Source: Bispira polyomma (Eukaryota). From it: a DNA stretch of 64,000 bases. The DNA is taken from positions 102,486,001-102,550,000 of the forward strand of contig OZ287749.1 in assembly GCA_965649765.1 (NCBI GenBank). The letters run 5' to 3'. The notes beneath the pieces were generated by a model, which worked only from the letters and a program-made list of their open reading frames with translations, was not told the DNA's origin and made no database searches. The translations under genes were made by a program, and so were the position numbers. Numbering within the stretch: position 1 is the stretch's first letter; each line of letters begins with the position of its first letter. Positions 1 to 14,097 of the stretch are shown here, piece after piece.

Positions 1-346
1 ACACTCATACAGGTAGAAATACAGACAGCCACACACATACATGTAGGAATACACAGCCACACACATACAGGTAGGCATACAGACAGCCACACACATACAG
101 GTAGGCATACAGACAGCCACATATATAGAGGAAGGCATAGACAGTCACACATATACAGGTAGACATACAGACAGCCACACACATACATGTAGAAATGCAG
201 ACAACCACACTCATACAGGTAGAAATACAGACCGCCACACACATACATGTAGGAATACAGACAGCCACACACATACAGGTAGACAGACAGATAGCCACAC
301 ACATACAGGTAGGCATACAGACAGCCACACTCATACAGGTAGGCAT
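1..346. repeat. ~28-bp minisatellite (ACAGACAGCCACACACATACAGGTAGGC-like), truncated by the window start
   Basis: About 12 tandem degenerate copies are visible. The 128-aa ORF 5..391 is only a translation of the repeat. Confidence 0.9.
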
Positions 347-1351
347 GAAAATATTGTAGATGGAACCAGGGGTCCAAGGGATTGTCACCACACACCCACA
401 CCCCTTTTTAATTCAATTTTGGACCTACAGCAAACAACCAAATTTCAATATTTATGTTCACAATATATTCTGGGAGTGGACCCTGGATTTGTCTCTGCTC
501 AGACACACATGAAGATGCACACTTAGACACACAGACATACACCCACACAAATGCTACTCATACAATGAAAGATACACTTACCTGGATACACATAGTTACA
601 GTTACATGCTCACAAAGACAGACACTCAGAGACAGACAGACTGACATTCACCCAAATGTCACCAAGTTAACATCAAACAACAAAATTCCAAAATGGTTCC
701 AATGGGACGTCATTGTCACTATTCAGCATATTCAAATCTAAAAATGAATCAAATGAATGCCAAACTAAAAATGTCAAGTTCTAGCAGCATTTACCTTTAC
801 TCCCACACTTTTAGAGATTTGGTGGTTGTTTTCACCTCTTCACCAAGATACTTGTAACAAATGAAGCAGTTCCATCAACAACACTTGTTTATGTTTGGCT
901 CAGGCTTCCTTTTCTGGTCGGCTAGACCTATTGTTCTATTATTACTTCAGTCCTGTCTTCTCGCTGTCTCCCATTGCTTGGGCTGGCTCTATAATTCATG
1001 ACACCCCCGTCTACAGTCTATAATACCGATATCCCATTGTACTTGTCAAATCGAATAAGACGGAGCTAGATATGGGATGGGGGGGGGAGAGGGTGGTCTG
1101 GACGGTGGTTACCACAAGGAACGAGAACGAGACAAAGAAATCCGGAATGGGTTCACTGAATATCCATGATTCTCTTCTGTGGCTGCTGCACACACAATAC
1201 ACAATTGCTAAATGTTGTTTTACTTCAATGATGCCACAATCACTGACCAAATATCTGCCTCTGTGCCGCACATCCCAGTCAATATGCAAAAGAATAGTTC
1301 GACAGGGGAAAAGGTTCATGATCAGCGTTCCGTTGTAACCAGCATAAGGTG

Positions 1352-1611
1352 ATTTTTTTTTTTTTGAATTTGGATATTTAACGTCCACTCTAGTACCTCT
1401 TTAGGTTATATTGGGACGGGTAGTTGGAAACGCTGGAGGAAACACTGCATACAGTTGATCAAGGTTCTGCAGTGAAACCAGCGGCCCACAGTAAGGAACT
1501 ACCACCTTTCCCACATAGGCATCGACGGGATTCAAACTCACGCCACCCAGAGGTGAGAGAACAGTGATTGTGAAGCGCAATGCTTGCTAACCACTAGGCC
1601 ACCGCGACCCC
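1352..1611 (-). mobile_element. tRNA-derived SINE, family A (full length)
   Basis: Reverse complement of the element at 11144-11399 and 14098-14343, with A-box-like TGGCCTAGTGG, B-box-like GTTTGAATCC and an A-rich tail. Confidence 0.85.
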
Positions 1612-1696
1612 CTCGAAAGAGCTCTCTTAGAAGTTCCCAGGAGAGGTAAAATCGCCGAAATAGTGGGAGAAATCTCCCAGGGGTCTGGGAGGTGAC

Positions 1697-1790
1697 TGAA
1701 TTTGAATTTGGATATTTAACGTCCACTCTAGTACCTGTTTAGGTTATATAGGGACGGGTAGTTGGAAATGCTGGAGGAAACACTGCATAC
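1697..1790 (-). mobile_element. 5'-truncated SINE family A (3' ~95 bp)
   Basis: Near-identical to 1366-1453 (GAATTTGGATATTTAACGTCCACTCTAGTACC...CACTGCATAC). Confidence 0.8.
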
Positions 1791-2367
1791 TGCTGGATGG
1801 ATGTACTTGTTGAATTCAAGAATATAGTCAATTAGTCTTTTGCAATTTTGGAATAGGAAGATACTGTTTAAGGTATCAATGTGAATGCACCAATCAAATT
1901 CATGCTTAACCCCGTCAAATACCACATACATTAATTCACTATTTTTAATAGGCATGACATAGACGTGTCACCACTCATTGTAACACAGCTTTCTGTGAGC
2001 AAGTCAAACAGGCATTTTACATATGCTCCAAAATCTCAAATCGAATCAAATCTAACTTTTTTTAGCGCTTATCTCCATGCCAGCAGATTCTAAGGCGTAT
2101 GAGACAGGAAAAATCATTTCATAATTTTATATAGCCATTGGACGTACAGTGTTTATGAGCGAGGAGATGTTGTAAATGGTGAAAGACTTCAATGTGATCA
2201 GAATGAGGTGGTATTAATTCCAAATCTGCACAAGTAGTAATTTTACTTGGAAAAGGTATAATTAGTGCACTGGAATTATTACTATGTCTTCAAACTTGTA
2301 TATAGCCTACTTTAATAATATGTAATTTTTATGCTATGTAAGTTTCTATCAGGCGATGCCTAATATT

Positions 2368-2540
2368 GTTTTCATTCTGAAAAGGGCGCCTTCATCTTAG
2401 ACAAAATGTAAGGCGTTTATGGATTGGTTCAAAGCAATCCACCCGGCCACACTGAGGGGTGTCAGATTTATTTTGGTATCAGGTGCAGCCTGGGATCCGG
2501 GTATATAGTGGCCAAATCAACATCAGTGTATTTTTCATTG
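2368..2540 (+). repeat. Dispersed unclassified repeat (related copies at ~17615-17785, 28228-28268, ~44160-44300)
   Basis: The blocks TTCTGAAAAGGGCG..CATCTTAG and AAAGCAATCCACCCGGCCA.ACTGAGGGGTGTCAGATT recur at these positions. Confidence 0.65.
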
Positions 2541-3294
2541 GTCGAGATCAATAGAGTAGATCAGTACCATTAATTCGTGGTGAAGATTTCCTTTGATACA
2601 AAAATATATAGTCCCCTAGCTTTAGCTGCAGATTTAAACAACATAAAAAGCTATAATGGGCGATAAGACAAGAACCAGTGACGTACGCACCTGCTCAGTC
2701 CAGTCTGTTGCTAGGTTACGTCTTGGTATGTGGTGTTGTCCTAGGATCATCTTTTGTAACAAGGAGTGTAGCTTGCTATTGCTACCATCTGTCCATCCAT
2801 TATAAAAAAGAAAACAAAAATCAACTATAACAATCAACTATAAATTATCAGGCTACAATTATAAATTAGTTTATTTTATTTGTGTAGGAAAGTTTACGTG
2901 GGTTTGGGGGGTTTTTTTCACCCTAATTTTAGTGTTTCTCTTGTGATATGTTTTCTTTCGTATTTTTTATAAAAAGTAAATATAAAAAATTGTAAAATTT
3001 AACAAAGAGTGACATAATGTCACTTAAAGGAGTAGTGTGACTATTGTAACACTTTACTCTAGTCTTCTAACTTACTCATTATTCATACAATAAGGCAATG
3101 TGTGTGTGGGGGGGGGGGGGGGGGGGATCTGTTTCAAACAGTACAGTAGATCCAAGAAAGATAATCTACTGAGGGTAAAACTTTCAAATTCAATGCTAAA
3201 TTTAAAGGTGGTAATTCAGTAGCAGGGATAGAGATCAATTGCAATACTATCACCAGTAAAGAATTAATTTAAGTTTGTGTATTGTAATTTGTAT

Positions 3295-3450
3295 TTTTAA
3301 CAGACCTTATTGATGCGAGGCATCTTCTAAAGTGCAACAACAGAATCAATTAACCAATACAGAAGTCCAAAATATATAGCTGAGATTATGAGGAAGGATC
3401 TGGGGGTGTACAGGGAGGGAAACTAAGGGCAGGGGTGGGGGGCAGTTTGA
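3295..3450 (-). mobile_element. LINE (L2-like) 3' tail fragment; inverted copy at ~15070-15245
   Basis: CCTTATTGATG.GAGGCATCTTCTAAAGTGCAACAACAGAATCAA matches 15180-15235 (reverse complement) and 57818-57865, where it abuts an L2 ORF2 remnant. Confidence 0.55.
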
Positions 3451-3990
3451 AGAGATGGGTATTAAGTTTTCTCCTAAACCCAGAAAGTATTCCTACAAAC
3501 ACTTCCAAAACAAAAGCTTGAACACAAACTGTGTGTAGACGTTAATTGTTCTTATAACACTGACAAAAACCGCGTTTGATACATAATAAATTCAATGACA
3601 TGCAAAGACAAGATTTTAAGCGTTCCAGTTTCCGGCATGGGATAGCAAAAAAGCCTTTGAGCTACACTTTCATATACCCTACACACACTTATTTAATTAC
3701 TTTATTTATTTATTGCATTACAATCACTTGCATTATTACAATAGCAGTTAGCAAATCAACAAGAAGTATATATATATATATATATATACAGAAATACCCA
3801 GTCCTATATGGGTTTACAAGTCACTCTACATACAGGACTAATATAAGGCTAACAAGCATTACACACTGCATACGTTGAAAAGTTTTAATCAGAGGATAAA
3901 TTTTAGGTCTTTTGGCTAATGAGTTGTGGAACAGTGGAAATTAAATTACAATTGAATAGTTGAATATGTATTAACATTGTAACTTTAAAT

Positions 3991-4209
3991 TTGAATTTAG
4001 TTGGGTTATACTTTCAACAGTTTAGGTCATATCATGACAGCTAGATTTAACATTGGAAGAAACCAGTACTGAAGCCACTGTGTAAACCACCGACCTACAG
4101 CAAGTGACTTGACAAAAACTTTCCCATATGGAGAAATGAATGGGATTCGAACCCACATTGGTGGGAGATGCCAGTGATTGTGAAGTAGGGTACTAGGACA
4201 AGAACGGCC
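3991..4209 (-). mobile_element. tRNA-derived SINE, family B, with 20-bp TSD
   Basis: Flanked by TTAACATTG(T/A)AACTTTAAAT at 3971-3990 and 4210-4229. Reverse complement of the element at 11413-11646. B-box GGTTCGAATCC on -. Confidence 0.8.
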
Positions 4210-5822
4210 TTAACATTGAAACTTTAAATAACCAAAATGAGCATTAATGCCAGTGTACTTTAAGCATGCAAATTGATAAGTTATTGTTCATGTCCTATTA
4301 ATATAACTACTTAATCAAACATGTTCTTACTAAATTTACTCTCTTAAATGTGTTAATAAAGCATCTGTATACATACATATAAAAAAAATCAGTAATTATA
4401 ATTATCACTTAATTTAACTTACCTTGGGTTTCAATTTCATATCCTTGAGTCAAGGTCACATGCAGTAATAAGATGACCCCCACAGGCACACAGGTTACAT
4501 AGTAGGTCACGTGACCACTAAACCAGTACTGATCCTTGCTTGTAGTTTGAAAACAATGCTTCATTGTTGATTGTACACTAATTATATATCACATAAAACT
4601 ATATAATGCTTTATATATCAAAAAACAACCTATTCCCCTTATTTTCTTTTAAAATAATCTCTCAATTGTAATATAAAAGTTTATATTCCTGCTGTGTCAA
4701 TCAGTGGTCTAATATTAGTCAAACATCCACCTGTACATCAAGCAAAACAAAAGAATTGCTACTTTTGAATTTCACGTCTAGTTTGGTCACAGTCCCAAAT
4801 GGGTCTAACTCTTTTCATCAAGCTACTTCGTTATATATATATAATATCACCTCCAACTATAAAAATATATATCCGTATATATATTCATACCTCTCAGCGT
4901 ACACTCATAAGAATTGTCTGCCAACAAAATCTCAACGCCAAAAAAAAAAAAACATAAAGGCGTACACGATTGGCCAAGTTTCTTTTCTCCAAAACTGACC
5001 TTGTTAAACATAAATCCTTTGCCAGAAAAAAATAAAATCCCAACACTATAAACTCTGTGTGTGTGTAAGTTTTCACTCATACAAACATGTAATTTCTATT
5101 AATCTGCACGTGTGTGTGTTACTACTGTGTGTATAAACTTTAAAAGGGTTACATTTAGTAGTATGTGTGTGTCTGTGTATGCACATGGATTTCTGGTTTA
5201 GTTTAAATTATTTATCACAATAGGTTTTTAATAAACCCCCCCCCCCCCCCCCCCCCCAGTACGTCTTAAGAACAACAGAAAAATTTTTTGCAGTAATTTG
5301 ATTGGTTAGAGGGCATTTTACGTCTACGCGACTATATCCGCCCCCCCCCCCCTTCTTTCACCCCTCTCCCACAATGAACAAGACACTTTTATTGCAATAT
5401 CAACTGATCCACCTCTAAACTAGATTCTACTTCCATAAAATAATTCACTTAGGTTAAGATTGACCTCAACATTAAGTCAGAACTATATATGTCCGATATT
5501 GTTAAAACATCCTTAAGTTACAACTACATTTGTCCGGTTTTTTGTTTAAACATTCTTTAGTCAGAACTACATCTGTCTAATATTTCAAGTGTCTGAGACA
5601 TGATATGGCTTTGATTTAAAGCACTATTTTACACTCTACTTCCCAAATACTGTCAATCGGCAAACATCAACTGTCATTCCACACTCAGCTTGAGGGTCTG
5701 TCGCCTACTAATGAGCCGAGGACCCAATGACAGAACCGAACCCAGGTCCTATGAATTTCCAAGTGAGTGTTGTTACCCATTGAGACAAGATTTAAATTTC
5801 AAATTTTGAATACTCTGAGAGT

Positions 5823-6157
5823 TAAAGGTCTGACAGACCGCCGACTATACGACACGACACTACATAAAAATTGAAATAAGAAAACATATATTGATCATTC
5901 AGACTGATCTCAGCATGACAGTACACAACACTGCACGACACTTCAATTTTACTTGGAGAAATATCTAAAAAAAAAACGCTGTGTCGTTAGCTTGCCCTAT
6001 ATGTATATGTAGTAAAAGTATCGTGGGCGGGGATTGCATTCCCACTTTTATATGGATTATGTAGTGTGATGTCATGTTTGGCGTGTATATCACTGTCGTG
6101 CAGTACCGTGGCTTCCCATGTAGTGTCGTGTAGTCGGCGGTTTGTGAGGTTTTTTAA
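5823..6157. mobile_element. MITE with imperfect terminal inverted repeats
   Basis: ACAGACCGCCGACTATACGACAC (~5832) pairs with GTGTCGTGTAGTCGGCGGTTTGT (~6123-6145). Confidence 0.6.
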
Positions 6158-9100
6158 TTTAATTATTATGATGATTTTTATTATAGAACTAAAACAAGAC
6201 AAATGAAAACAAATAAAAATGGTGAACCCTTGCACTCAAACGTATTAATATTTTTTCTTTGTAAATGAACAAAGTTTTGTTATTATAGGTACTTGATAAT
6301 CATGTAGATAGATATGCCATAATTATCAGATAACTTTTTGTTAGATTGTTATACCTTATAATCTGCAATTAACGAGATTAAACTCGTGTAAAGTAGGTTG
6401 GATTAGATTCAATCATGTGTAAAAATATTATTAACATATATCGTGGGTTTGAAAATCTTATGAATCATTTTTAGTTCACGTTTTGAGGATTTTATGGAGC
6501 CCTGCAGGGGCCATAACTAATTCTTTTTTAGACTTCTATCTTGTTTTAACTCTCCGTCACAGTTAGCAACGTCACATTTTCTGTGACGACAATGTGATTA
6601 CTAGCCATGTTTAAGGCTAAAGTTTCACAGGAACCCTCGATTTACACGAATTTCTGTTAATGTAATGTGATGTAATGTCGGGTATAAATGGTGGGTATAA
6701 ATGGGTAGCTGGTCCCTAATGGGTGTTAAGCATTGTACCGTAAGTGGCAGGATGGCTATAGTTTATTCCCTTATTACAGAGCTGGGTGTTGACAATGCCA
6801 TAAAACCCAGGCTGGGGATGTAAATTGTAAAAGGGCATCTGAAAATGGCACCACCATCTTATTGTTATCGGGTGGGACCTGAGTATATATTGTTATCGAG
6901 TATATAGTGGCCATTACCAACGTTAGTGTATGTCACATTGTGTGCCTTTGTCTTTTTCAACAGACAATTCTTGTTCGACATAATTCTCCCCCCCAATATC
7001 AGAACTTTCTAACAAACATATACCCCTTAGACATGCTTATTACATTCGATTTTAACGACTCGTATGTTAAAAACTATGTGTACTCTGTGTACAAATTTCA
7101 ATTAATTAATTAATTTAAACCCTATGTTGTCAGGAAGCAGGCGACATCCCCAAAAAATGTTATTTTTCTTCAGTTGCTTGCAATCACATTTTCCTGTTTG
7201 AAATATTATACGTGAGGCTATTATTGAATGCCAGAAGTAGTCTGTGGTGTGTGTTTTAGTGACTCCAGCTGTCTGTAACCTATTACTGGGGAAAAAAATG
7301 TCATTCAGTCACCAGTGATAGTTTTCTCCCAGCCGCGAAAGTGGTGAATTAATTTTTGACAAACTTTACGCCTTAAAACAAGGCTATTATAGATACTAGC
7401 CATCCTTAAGCCTTTGTAATCCACTCTGTTACAGTTTTTAGATGAAGACAAGCACAAAATGTGACCCTAAATTGACAAGCATCTTAGAAGCTGTAAATAT
7501 ACATAAACTCCCACCCTCCCCATCCTTAAGTCTACACCACCCACTTCACTGGTGTAGTAACAGCTGGTAATTTTCTTATATGTAGGTGGAGGTTTAGCAT
7601 TCTCCTTTGGGACCCAGGCTATTTTTACCAACCTCCCCCCCAACACACACACATACACACCCCTGTCTCCCTTCCCCTCAAATTTGGTTTCTTGTGCACT
7701 GTTCACATAGCAGCGGTATGGTAGGTAGGCAAGTGTCTGGGTAAAGGCCCTGTTTACATATCGGCGGTATGGTGGTACCAGAAGATAGTGTAGTTAGGTC
7801 TTTTGCCAATTAAATCGGCTGTTCCATCTTGGCGAAGTATACCCCCCCTCCCCCCCCCCCCCCCCCACTCTGCCCTCCTGAAATCTGTCCACAAAAGTTT
7901 TACAAGTGGAAAAAGATGGGAACAGGCGATTTACTACCATGGAATGGTTACACCGAATATCCAGAAAAAGGATACTCTTAAACGGAAGGAAGACCTACAG
8001 TTGTGATATTAATAATACTCAACAGGGAGTGACCGAAGAGTTACAGTAGTGATATAGCAATACTCATAAACAGGCAGAAGGAGTTTTCCGGCTTTTCCAG
8101 CCTGAGGTAGAATTTTTTACCCTACTCAAAACTTTCGCCTATCACGGCTGACTGTTGAAGGTTCGGGAACGAGGCTGCGGAACTTAAGGAAGGTTATTGA
8201 TAGGGTTCCTAGCGCTGCAAGGCAATTTTGACAATGCCTATTACCGCCTCTCCATACCGTCACAGTGTGAATGCCACTTTAACTGGGTAATACTGTTCTA
8301 TAACTGTAACTTTAGATGAAACAAATTTCACTAGTTTACATTTATTTAAGAAACTTACTGGAAATAATTTTTACTGTTGCTCCATGTTTTTTTAGTTAAA
8401 ATATTAATACAAATTAAATTATCCAACCTCATTAACTAAAATAGGTAAATACAATTCCTGGAGAAAATTTTCCACTTGATACAGTAAATACCCCCGCCTC
8501 GAAAAGACACCCACCCACCAACTTTACTCCCCCCCCTCCCCCCCCCCCCACTAAAGTCCCCCCCCGCCTCAAATCCAGACACTCTGGGCCCTAATTCTAG
8601 TAGTTCAATAAACATTATCGACAAGGGATGTAATAAATACTTCTGCAATTTGCTGCCGGTAAATAACAGCTAGCAGTATTTACTGTAAAATTGGGAAAAT
8701 TCCTTCCAAAGAAATCAATGCTCACAATTTTATCTAATGAGTTGAAATAGTGAAATAAAAAATGATTACCCCCAGTAAAAACAAATTGATATTCTTTTAA
8801 TATATTTTAACTAAAAGATTAACTAATATAGTAAAATATTGTCAAAATTGGGGAACTTTGATTTCCAGCTAAATTTTTAACATATACAGTATATTTTCCT
8901 CAATCTATTATTTGTGACGTCATTAACAATCTATGAAGTTTATTATCTTGTAAATAGAATTTTATTAGGGACGTGACATTTAGAAAAAGGTGTGACTAAG
9001 TTATCACTTTTTTGTTTTGGGTGATTAAATATTGAAAAACTTTTTATTTGAGACAATTTGTCCCTTCAGATCTCTGAGGATCCTGTTAAAAGACATGATG

Positions 9101-9454
9101 TTTGTTAATGGGTCCGCCCTATATCCAGTTAACAACTAGAATTGATTAATGAAATTGTGTTGTTTGTGAGGGAAAAATCTAACTTCCCACTCCAACCATA
9201 AAACACAAGATGACTTTGCATCCCTTGTTCCAGGAAATCTATATATTGTGCAATGCAGTTCATGGTTTGATGATATACATATGTGTCGGTGTGTGTGGGG
9301 GGGAAGGGGAGTTGGGGGGGGGGCTGTTGAAACTTAATCACCTCACATATGACGTCATAACTGCACTGGTTTATTCATGGCTGGAGATTTGAAAAGAAAT
9401 ACATTTGTGAAATTTAATAGTTGGAATTAAAATTGCACCCATTAACAGTGTCTA

Positions 9455-10005
9455 AAGCCGGCGTCCCACATAGGTGACAAGAATGCACAGCAATGTTCAT
9501 GCTGATTATTTGTTTGTGATTCACTTTATTGTTTGTGTAGAAAAAAAAACAATAACAAAGAAGGCCTTTCAATGCCATGGTTGAGACAACAGGGCGACAC
9601 CCAGGTGACATAGATTTCACAGCCATGGGAACCACAGGAAAACAGCATTGAAAAAAAGGATAGGTCAACGGTATAACAACTGGCGACAGAAGTGTGATTT
9701 TTCGGTTGTCGTACGACAGTGATAAGACCACTTTGAGACACCAATGCAATTTTGTTGGACATTGTCACCGCGTTGGCTCTTTTATGTCTCTCGGTTATCA
9801 TTTACTTGTCGCCTACTTTTTTGGGTTTGGTGACGATAAAGAGATGGTTTCCACATTGTCACCTCGAAAGGTTGTGGTAGCTATTCGAGTGAAGGGTAAC
9901 ACCAAAAGGAATTGAGGAGACATCAAGGGGACAATGGGGAGAACAGTTTGCGATTTGAAAACATCTAATATCGCCTAGACAATTCGCCCATGTGGGATGG
10001 GGCTT
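9455..10005. mobile_element. PIF/Harbinger-like MITE
   Basis: AAGCCGGCGTCCCACATAGGTGA pairs with TCGCCCATGTGGGATGGGGCTT. Flanks are TAA/TTA-type. Confidence 0.55.
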
Positions 10006-10678
10006 TAAGAGTGGGTAACACACTTGCCTGGGAGTACAGAGGACCTGGGTCCTAGTCCAGCTTTATGACTCCCTAGACACACAAAGTGGCTCGGATGTCA
10101 CCACTTAATTGACTGTGGTGTCCTCTGTTGTATTGGGACTTATCCACCCAGTGTGGCAGACTAAAGAAAACATTCGGAGATGTTGAGATATATAGATTGT
10201 CTCATCACCAAGCCTCTGTCTTTAGTTAGGAAGGGAAGAATGGCAGGTACTGGTGCTGGTTGGTACCATACTAATGCAACTAAGAATAGCATTGGTCTTT
10301 CACAAATGTGGGTTTAAATCCGGTTTGTTCCTTAATGTGTGGAAAGGTTTGGCATGTACTTGCCATAGGCCGGTGGTTTACACGGTGGCTTCAGCACTGG
10401 GTTTTTTCAACACTAATGATGGCCGTAGCAAAAACAAACCAAATAATTTAAATTCAAATAAATTTAAATTCAACGATTGGATCTGGCCATCGTGATATAA
10501 CTTAAGCTGTAAGCTTCAGTTGAACTAAGCCCAACTAAATGCAACTAAGAAATGCGACTAAGAATAGCACTCAGTAGGACTCATGACGACATAGCACCAA
10601 AAAGTCAAAAAATTAAACCATGATTCACCAATTTGGAGTTATTTTACTATTTCCCGCTTCCTGGCTACAGATTATTAA

Positions 10679-11086
10679 AGGTAGAAACGAAAATAATGGC
10701 TAGGGTTGCAACTGAAATTCATAAAAGCAGTAAACAATTATAACTTTGATGAATATTCACGGATATTAAAGGGGAATGACTACTTAATAATTTCAAATGC
10801 ATTCCGAAAGCTAATTCACCAAGATAAATCTCTAGAAACTTTGTTTAAGGGCCTTTCTGTAATGTTCGGCCATCTTCGATTTAACAGGAAATCACCTAGT
10901 TTTATATTTTTCAAGATATCTCAAAATAACAATATTTCAGACCTGTTTTCATTTATACTAAAATATCAGGCTATGATTGATGTTTCATTTGATATATGAT
11001 TTGTAGGGCCAGCACTTCGCTGGACTTCAGTATAGCGCAAAAGGCTAAAAGTTGACATGTAACAAAATTAATAGTGGTCTCTACCT
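10679..11086. mobile_element. TTAA-flanked non-autonomous DNA transposon (Kolobok-like termini)
   Basis: TTAA|AGGTAGAAAC ... GTCTCTACCT|TTAA. AG...CT termini with TTAA on both sides. Confidence 0.65.
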
Positions 11087-11143
11087 TTAATGGAGCATTC
11101 TTTGGTTCGTGTGTCAATTCCATGTTAAGCTCCACCTAATTCC

Positions 11144-11399
11144 GGGGCTGCGGTGGCCTAGTGGTTAGCAAGCATTGCGCTTCACGATCACTGGTCTCTC
11201 ACCTCTGGGCGGCGTGAGTTCGAATCCTGTCGATGCCTATGTGGGAAAGGTGGTAGTTCCTTACTGTGGGCCGCTGGTTTCAGTGCAGAACCTTGATCAA
11301 CTGTATGCAGTATTTCCTCCAGCGTTTCCAACTACCCGTCCCAATATAACCTAAACAGGTACTAGAGTGGATGTTAAATATCCCAATTCAATTAAAAAA
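11144..11399 (+). mobile_element. tRNA-derived SINE family A, with 13-bp TSD
   Basis: GGGGCTGCGGTGGCCTAGTGGTTAG head, B-box GTTCGAATCC, and TSD TCCACC(T/A)AATTCC at 11131-11143 and 11400-11412. Confidence 0.9.
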
Positions 11400-11412
11400 T
11401 CCACCAAATTCC

Positions 11413-11646
11413 AGGGTCGCGGTGACTTAGTGGTGAGAAGAGTCTGCTTAACAAATCACTGGCCTCTCACCTCTGTGGGTTAGAATCTTGTTCATTCCTT
11501 CTTGTGGGGAACGTTTGATGGGTACTTGCTGCAGGTTGATGGTTTACACAGTGGCTTCAGCACTGGTTTCTTCCAACATTAAATCTGAATGTCGTGATAT
11601 GACATAAGCTGTGGAAAGCAACGTAAAACCCAACTAAATTTAAATT
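11413..11646 (+). mobile_element. tRNA-derived SINE family B (related to A); partial copies at ~10345-10540, 37930-38005, 43975-44085
   Basis: The head is similar to family A (GGGTCGCGGTGACTTAGTGG...ATCACTGGCCTCTCACC). The body GGTTTACACAGTGGCTTCAGCACTGGTTTC...GTGATATGAC..AAGCTG is shared with the listed copies. Confidence 0.8.
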
Positions 11647-12721
11647 AATGCTATAAGCACAGGGATACAGGCTTATGTGGAGGTTTTAAAAATGTAAAAA
11701 AAAAATCGTGGAATTATAAATGATATTGAAATTCGAGTACACAATTTTTCACCGTAATTAAAACTAAACTCACAACAAATTTGTGTACAAAAATTAATAA
11801 AAATAAACAGAAATTGTTTCATTCACTACAAATTCTACAACGCTAATCTATCATATTTTATTTTCAAGCAGCCATATCTTTAACAATATATTGTACACAA
11901 AATCTTAAGGATTTTTGGAACTTAAAAAAAAAAGATTTATATATTTATTTAAGAAAAATGTAAAGTAAAAAAACTCATGGAAAAGAAACGCATGATTTTT
12001 AGGGCGTTTTTGTTTGTTGTAAAACATACATATACATGTTTTCGTTCTTTTGAATTTTTATTAGATTTCCTTAATTCATGTGTGTGCTTATGAGTCCCAC
12101 CTTAAGTCAAACTTAAATTAAAAATGAACAATGTTTTCAAATAAACTTATTTGTAAGTAGTTTAAAAATTAAAAAGATTATGATTTTCAATGAAGGGGGT
12201 GAACCAATGAAGGGTACTATTGGCAACTGAATTAAGTGTGTATAATACATTTAAGAGAAAGAAATGAAAATATATTTTGTACCAAAGTTATTTAATATTT
12301 ATGCAGGATATCCTTTTACTATTATCATCCATATATACAACCACTCAATTAGCCATACACCTTGTTTGTAAAAAAAAAATACTTCAAAATATCAAAGTAC
12401 ACAGTTTCATGTGAAGTGTTTATTGACGTATTACTAATGTGTGAAATTGAACCAAAGGGTTTTCATATAAACAAAACAAACACTAGATATGTTTATGCAA
12501 GATTAAAAGTTTCGTAGATATATAATATGAGTTTAATACAAGTCCAGTTAACATGCAGTACTTCAATATTTTTTCATAATATTATATTAGGGAAAATATT
12601 ATTTTTTTTTAATTTTGTAATATGTAATCACTTAAATGCTTCACAGTTTTATCAAATAAGATTTCAAAAAAAAATTAATTTGAAAATGTAGCAGTACAAG
12701 TAGACCTTTTTCGTTATTATA

Positions 12722-12951
12722 TTATGCGCGGTTCACACTATGATGGTATTGAGAGGCAATAAGAGGCGTTCTGAAAATCGCCTCGTAGCACGGGCAACCT
12801 TATCTATAACCTCCCTTAACTTCAGCTTCCTTCCCGAATCTTCTACAGTTAGCCATGCGAGTAATCGTCTGTTTGTGTTTGTGAAACCTTATTCTCTGGA
12901 CAAGTTTAATTTCATATAACTTACCGTACCGTAAATGTGTGAACGGGGCAT
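12722..12951. mobile_element. Small Harbinger-like MITE
   Basis: TATGCGCGGTTCACAC pairs with GTGTGAACGGGGCATA. Confidence 0.4.
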
Positions 12952-13448
12952 AAGACATAAATCAACTCGAGCTAATTTACAATGAACATTGTCATTATAA
13001 TTCCTATTGAAAATTTTAAACTTATATTGAATTTTAAACATAAGTTTGGGAAAATAAGGTAAAAATAACATGGAGAAATATTGTTCTATCGATAACTACA
13101 AATTTAACTTCATATATACAATATTTTATTCAATTAGTCATGTATTTCTTCTTACAATATTTGTTTATTCAAATAATTCCCCCCCCCCCCCTCCCCAGCC
13201 AAAGTAATAAACATCTCCGCCTCTTAACACAGAACTTTGGCCCAGTTTTCATGTTGCCACCACTGTACAAGTTTTCATATTTTCATATTTTTTTTTTTAT
13301 TTACTAACAAAAACGCCCCAGGGTCACTACTTATAAAGTTTGTGGGACGAAAATTGACGTAAAAATATATACAGTTACACCCCAGGATAAATTCAACGGT
13401 AATTATACGGAATCTGTGGAGATGTCTAACAAGTTAATTAATAGCCTT

Positions 13449-13780
13449 TCAACAAGGCTCCAGTGTGTAATTAGAATGTACAATATTATTTTTGAAGCAT
13501 GTACACAATGCACCTACTGATATCTCATTCTCTAAGTACCTTGTTCTCTGAATCCGTTTACTGGTTCTGGTATCAGAGACTGAAATTCTGTTTCCCTTGG
13601 TAAGCTTTCTGAAAAAAATGATGAGGCAAGATATGGTGGCTGACAAAGGTTTGCAGCTTTGTATGTAGTAACATTGGTCTTGAAAATGATGCAGTACTGG
13701 ACAGGTAGCCAATGTAGCCTTTTGAGCAAAAGAGTCATACTGACCTGAGGTCCCACATGGCACACAACTCTGCATAAAGC
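13449..13780 (-). mobile_element. L2-clade LINE 3' ORF2 fragment
   Basis: The translation LLLKRLHWLPVQYCIIFK...PPYLAS matches the L2 C-terminal LHWLP motif and the larger copy at 21300-22400. Confidence 0.75.
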
Positions 13781-14097
13781 ACAACCACCTAGCACCAGAA
13801 ACTGTCACACCCCGTCCCACCCCTGACTGCACCCCAGCAACTATGGATATACCTGTGACTGGTCGCCCCATGGCTTGGAATAAACCCAGTGTGTTACACA
13901 CTGGGCCACAGTGACTGACATAATGTGACTCTTTTTAGGATTGTCTTGCTACATCTGTTTGAAGCAGCCCCAGTAGTAGATATATTTCTACTTCCGACAA
14001 GGGAAAATATTTTATGTTACTTAAATGAGTTCTTTGTAATATATATTTTAAATGTTTACATATTAGAATTTGTTCTAAATTAATTGAGACTATATGA

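Noticed and set aside
5-391. 128-aa Cys/Val-rich ORF (and similar ORFs at 39919-40322 and 43250-43444)
   Set aside because: They are translations of minisatellites.
11144-11235. tRNA genes (also at ~14098, 17545, 19964, 33535, 36488, 51304)
   Set aside because: A and B boxes are present but there is no clean cloverleaf. The clearer cases continue into a SINE body, some with TSDs, and the rest are degenerate heads.
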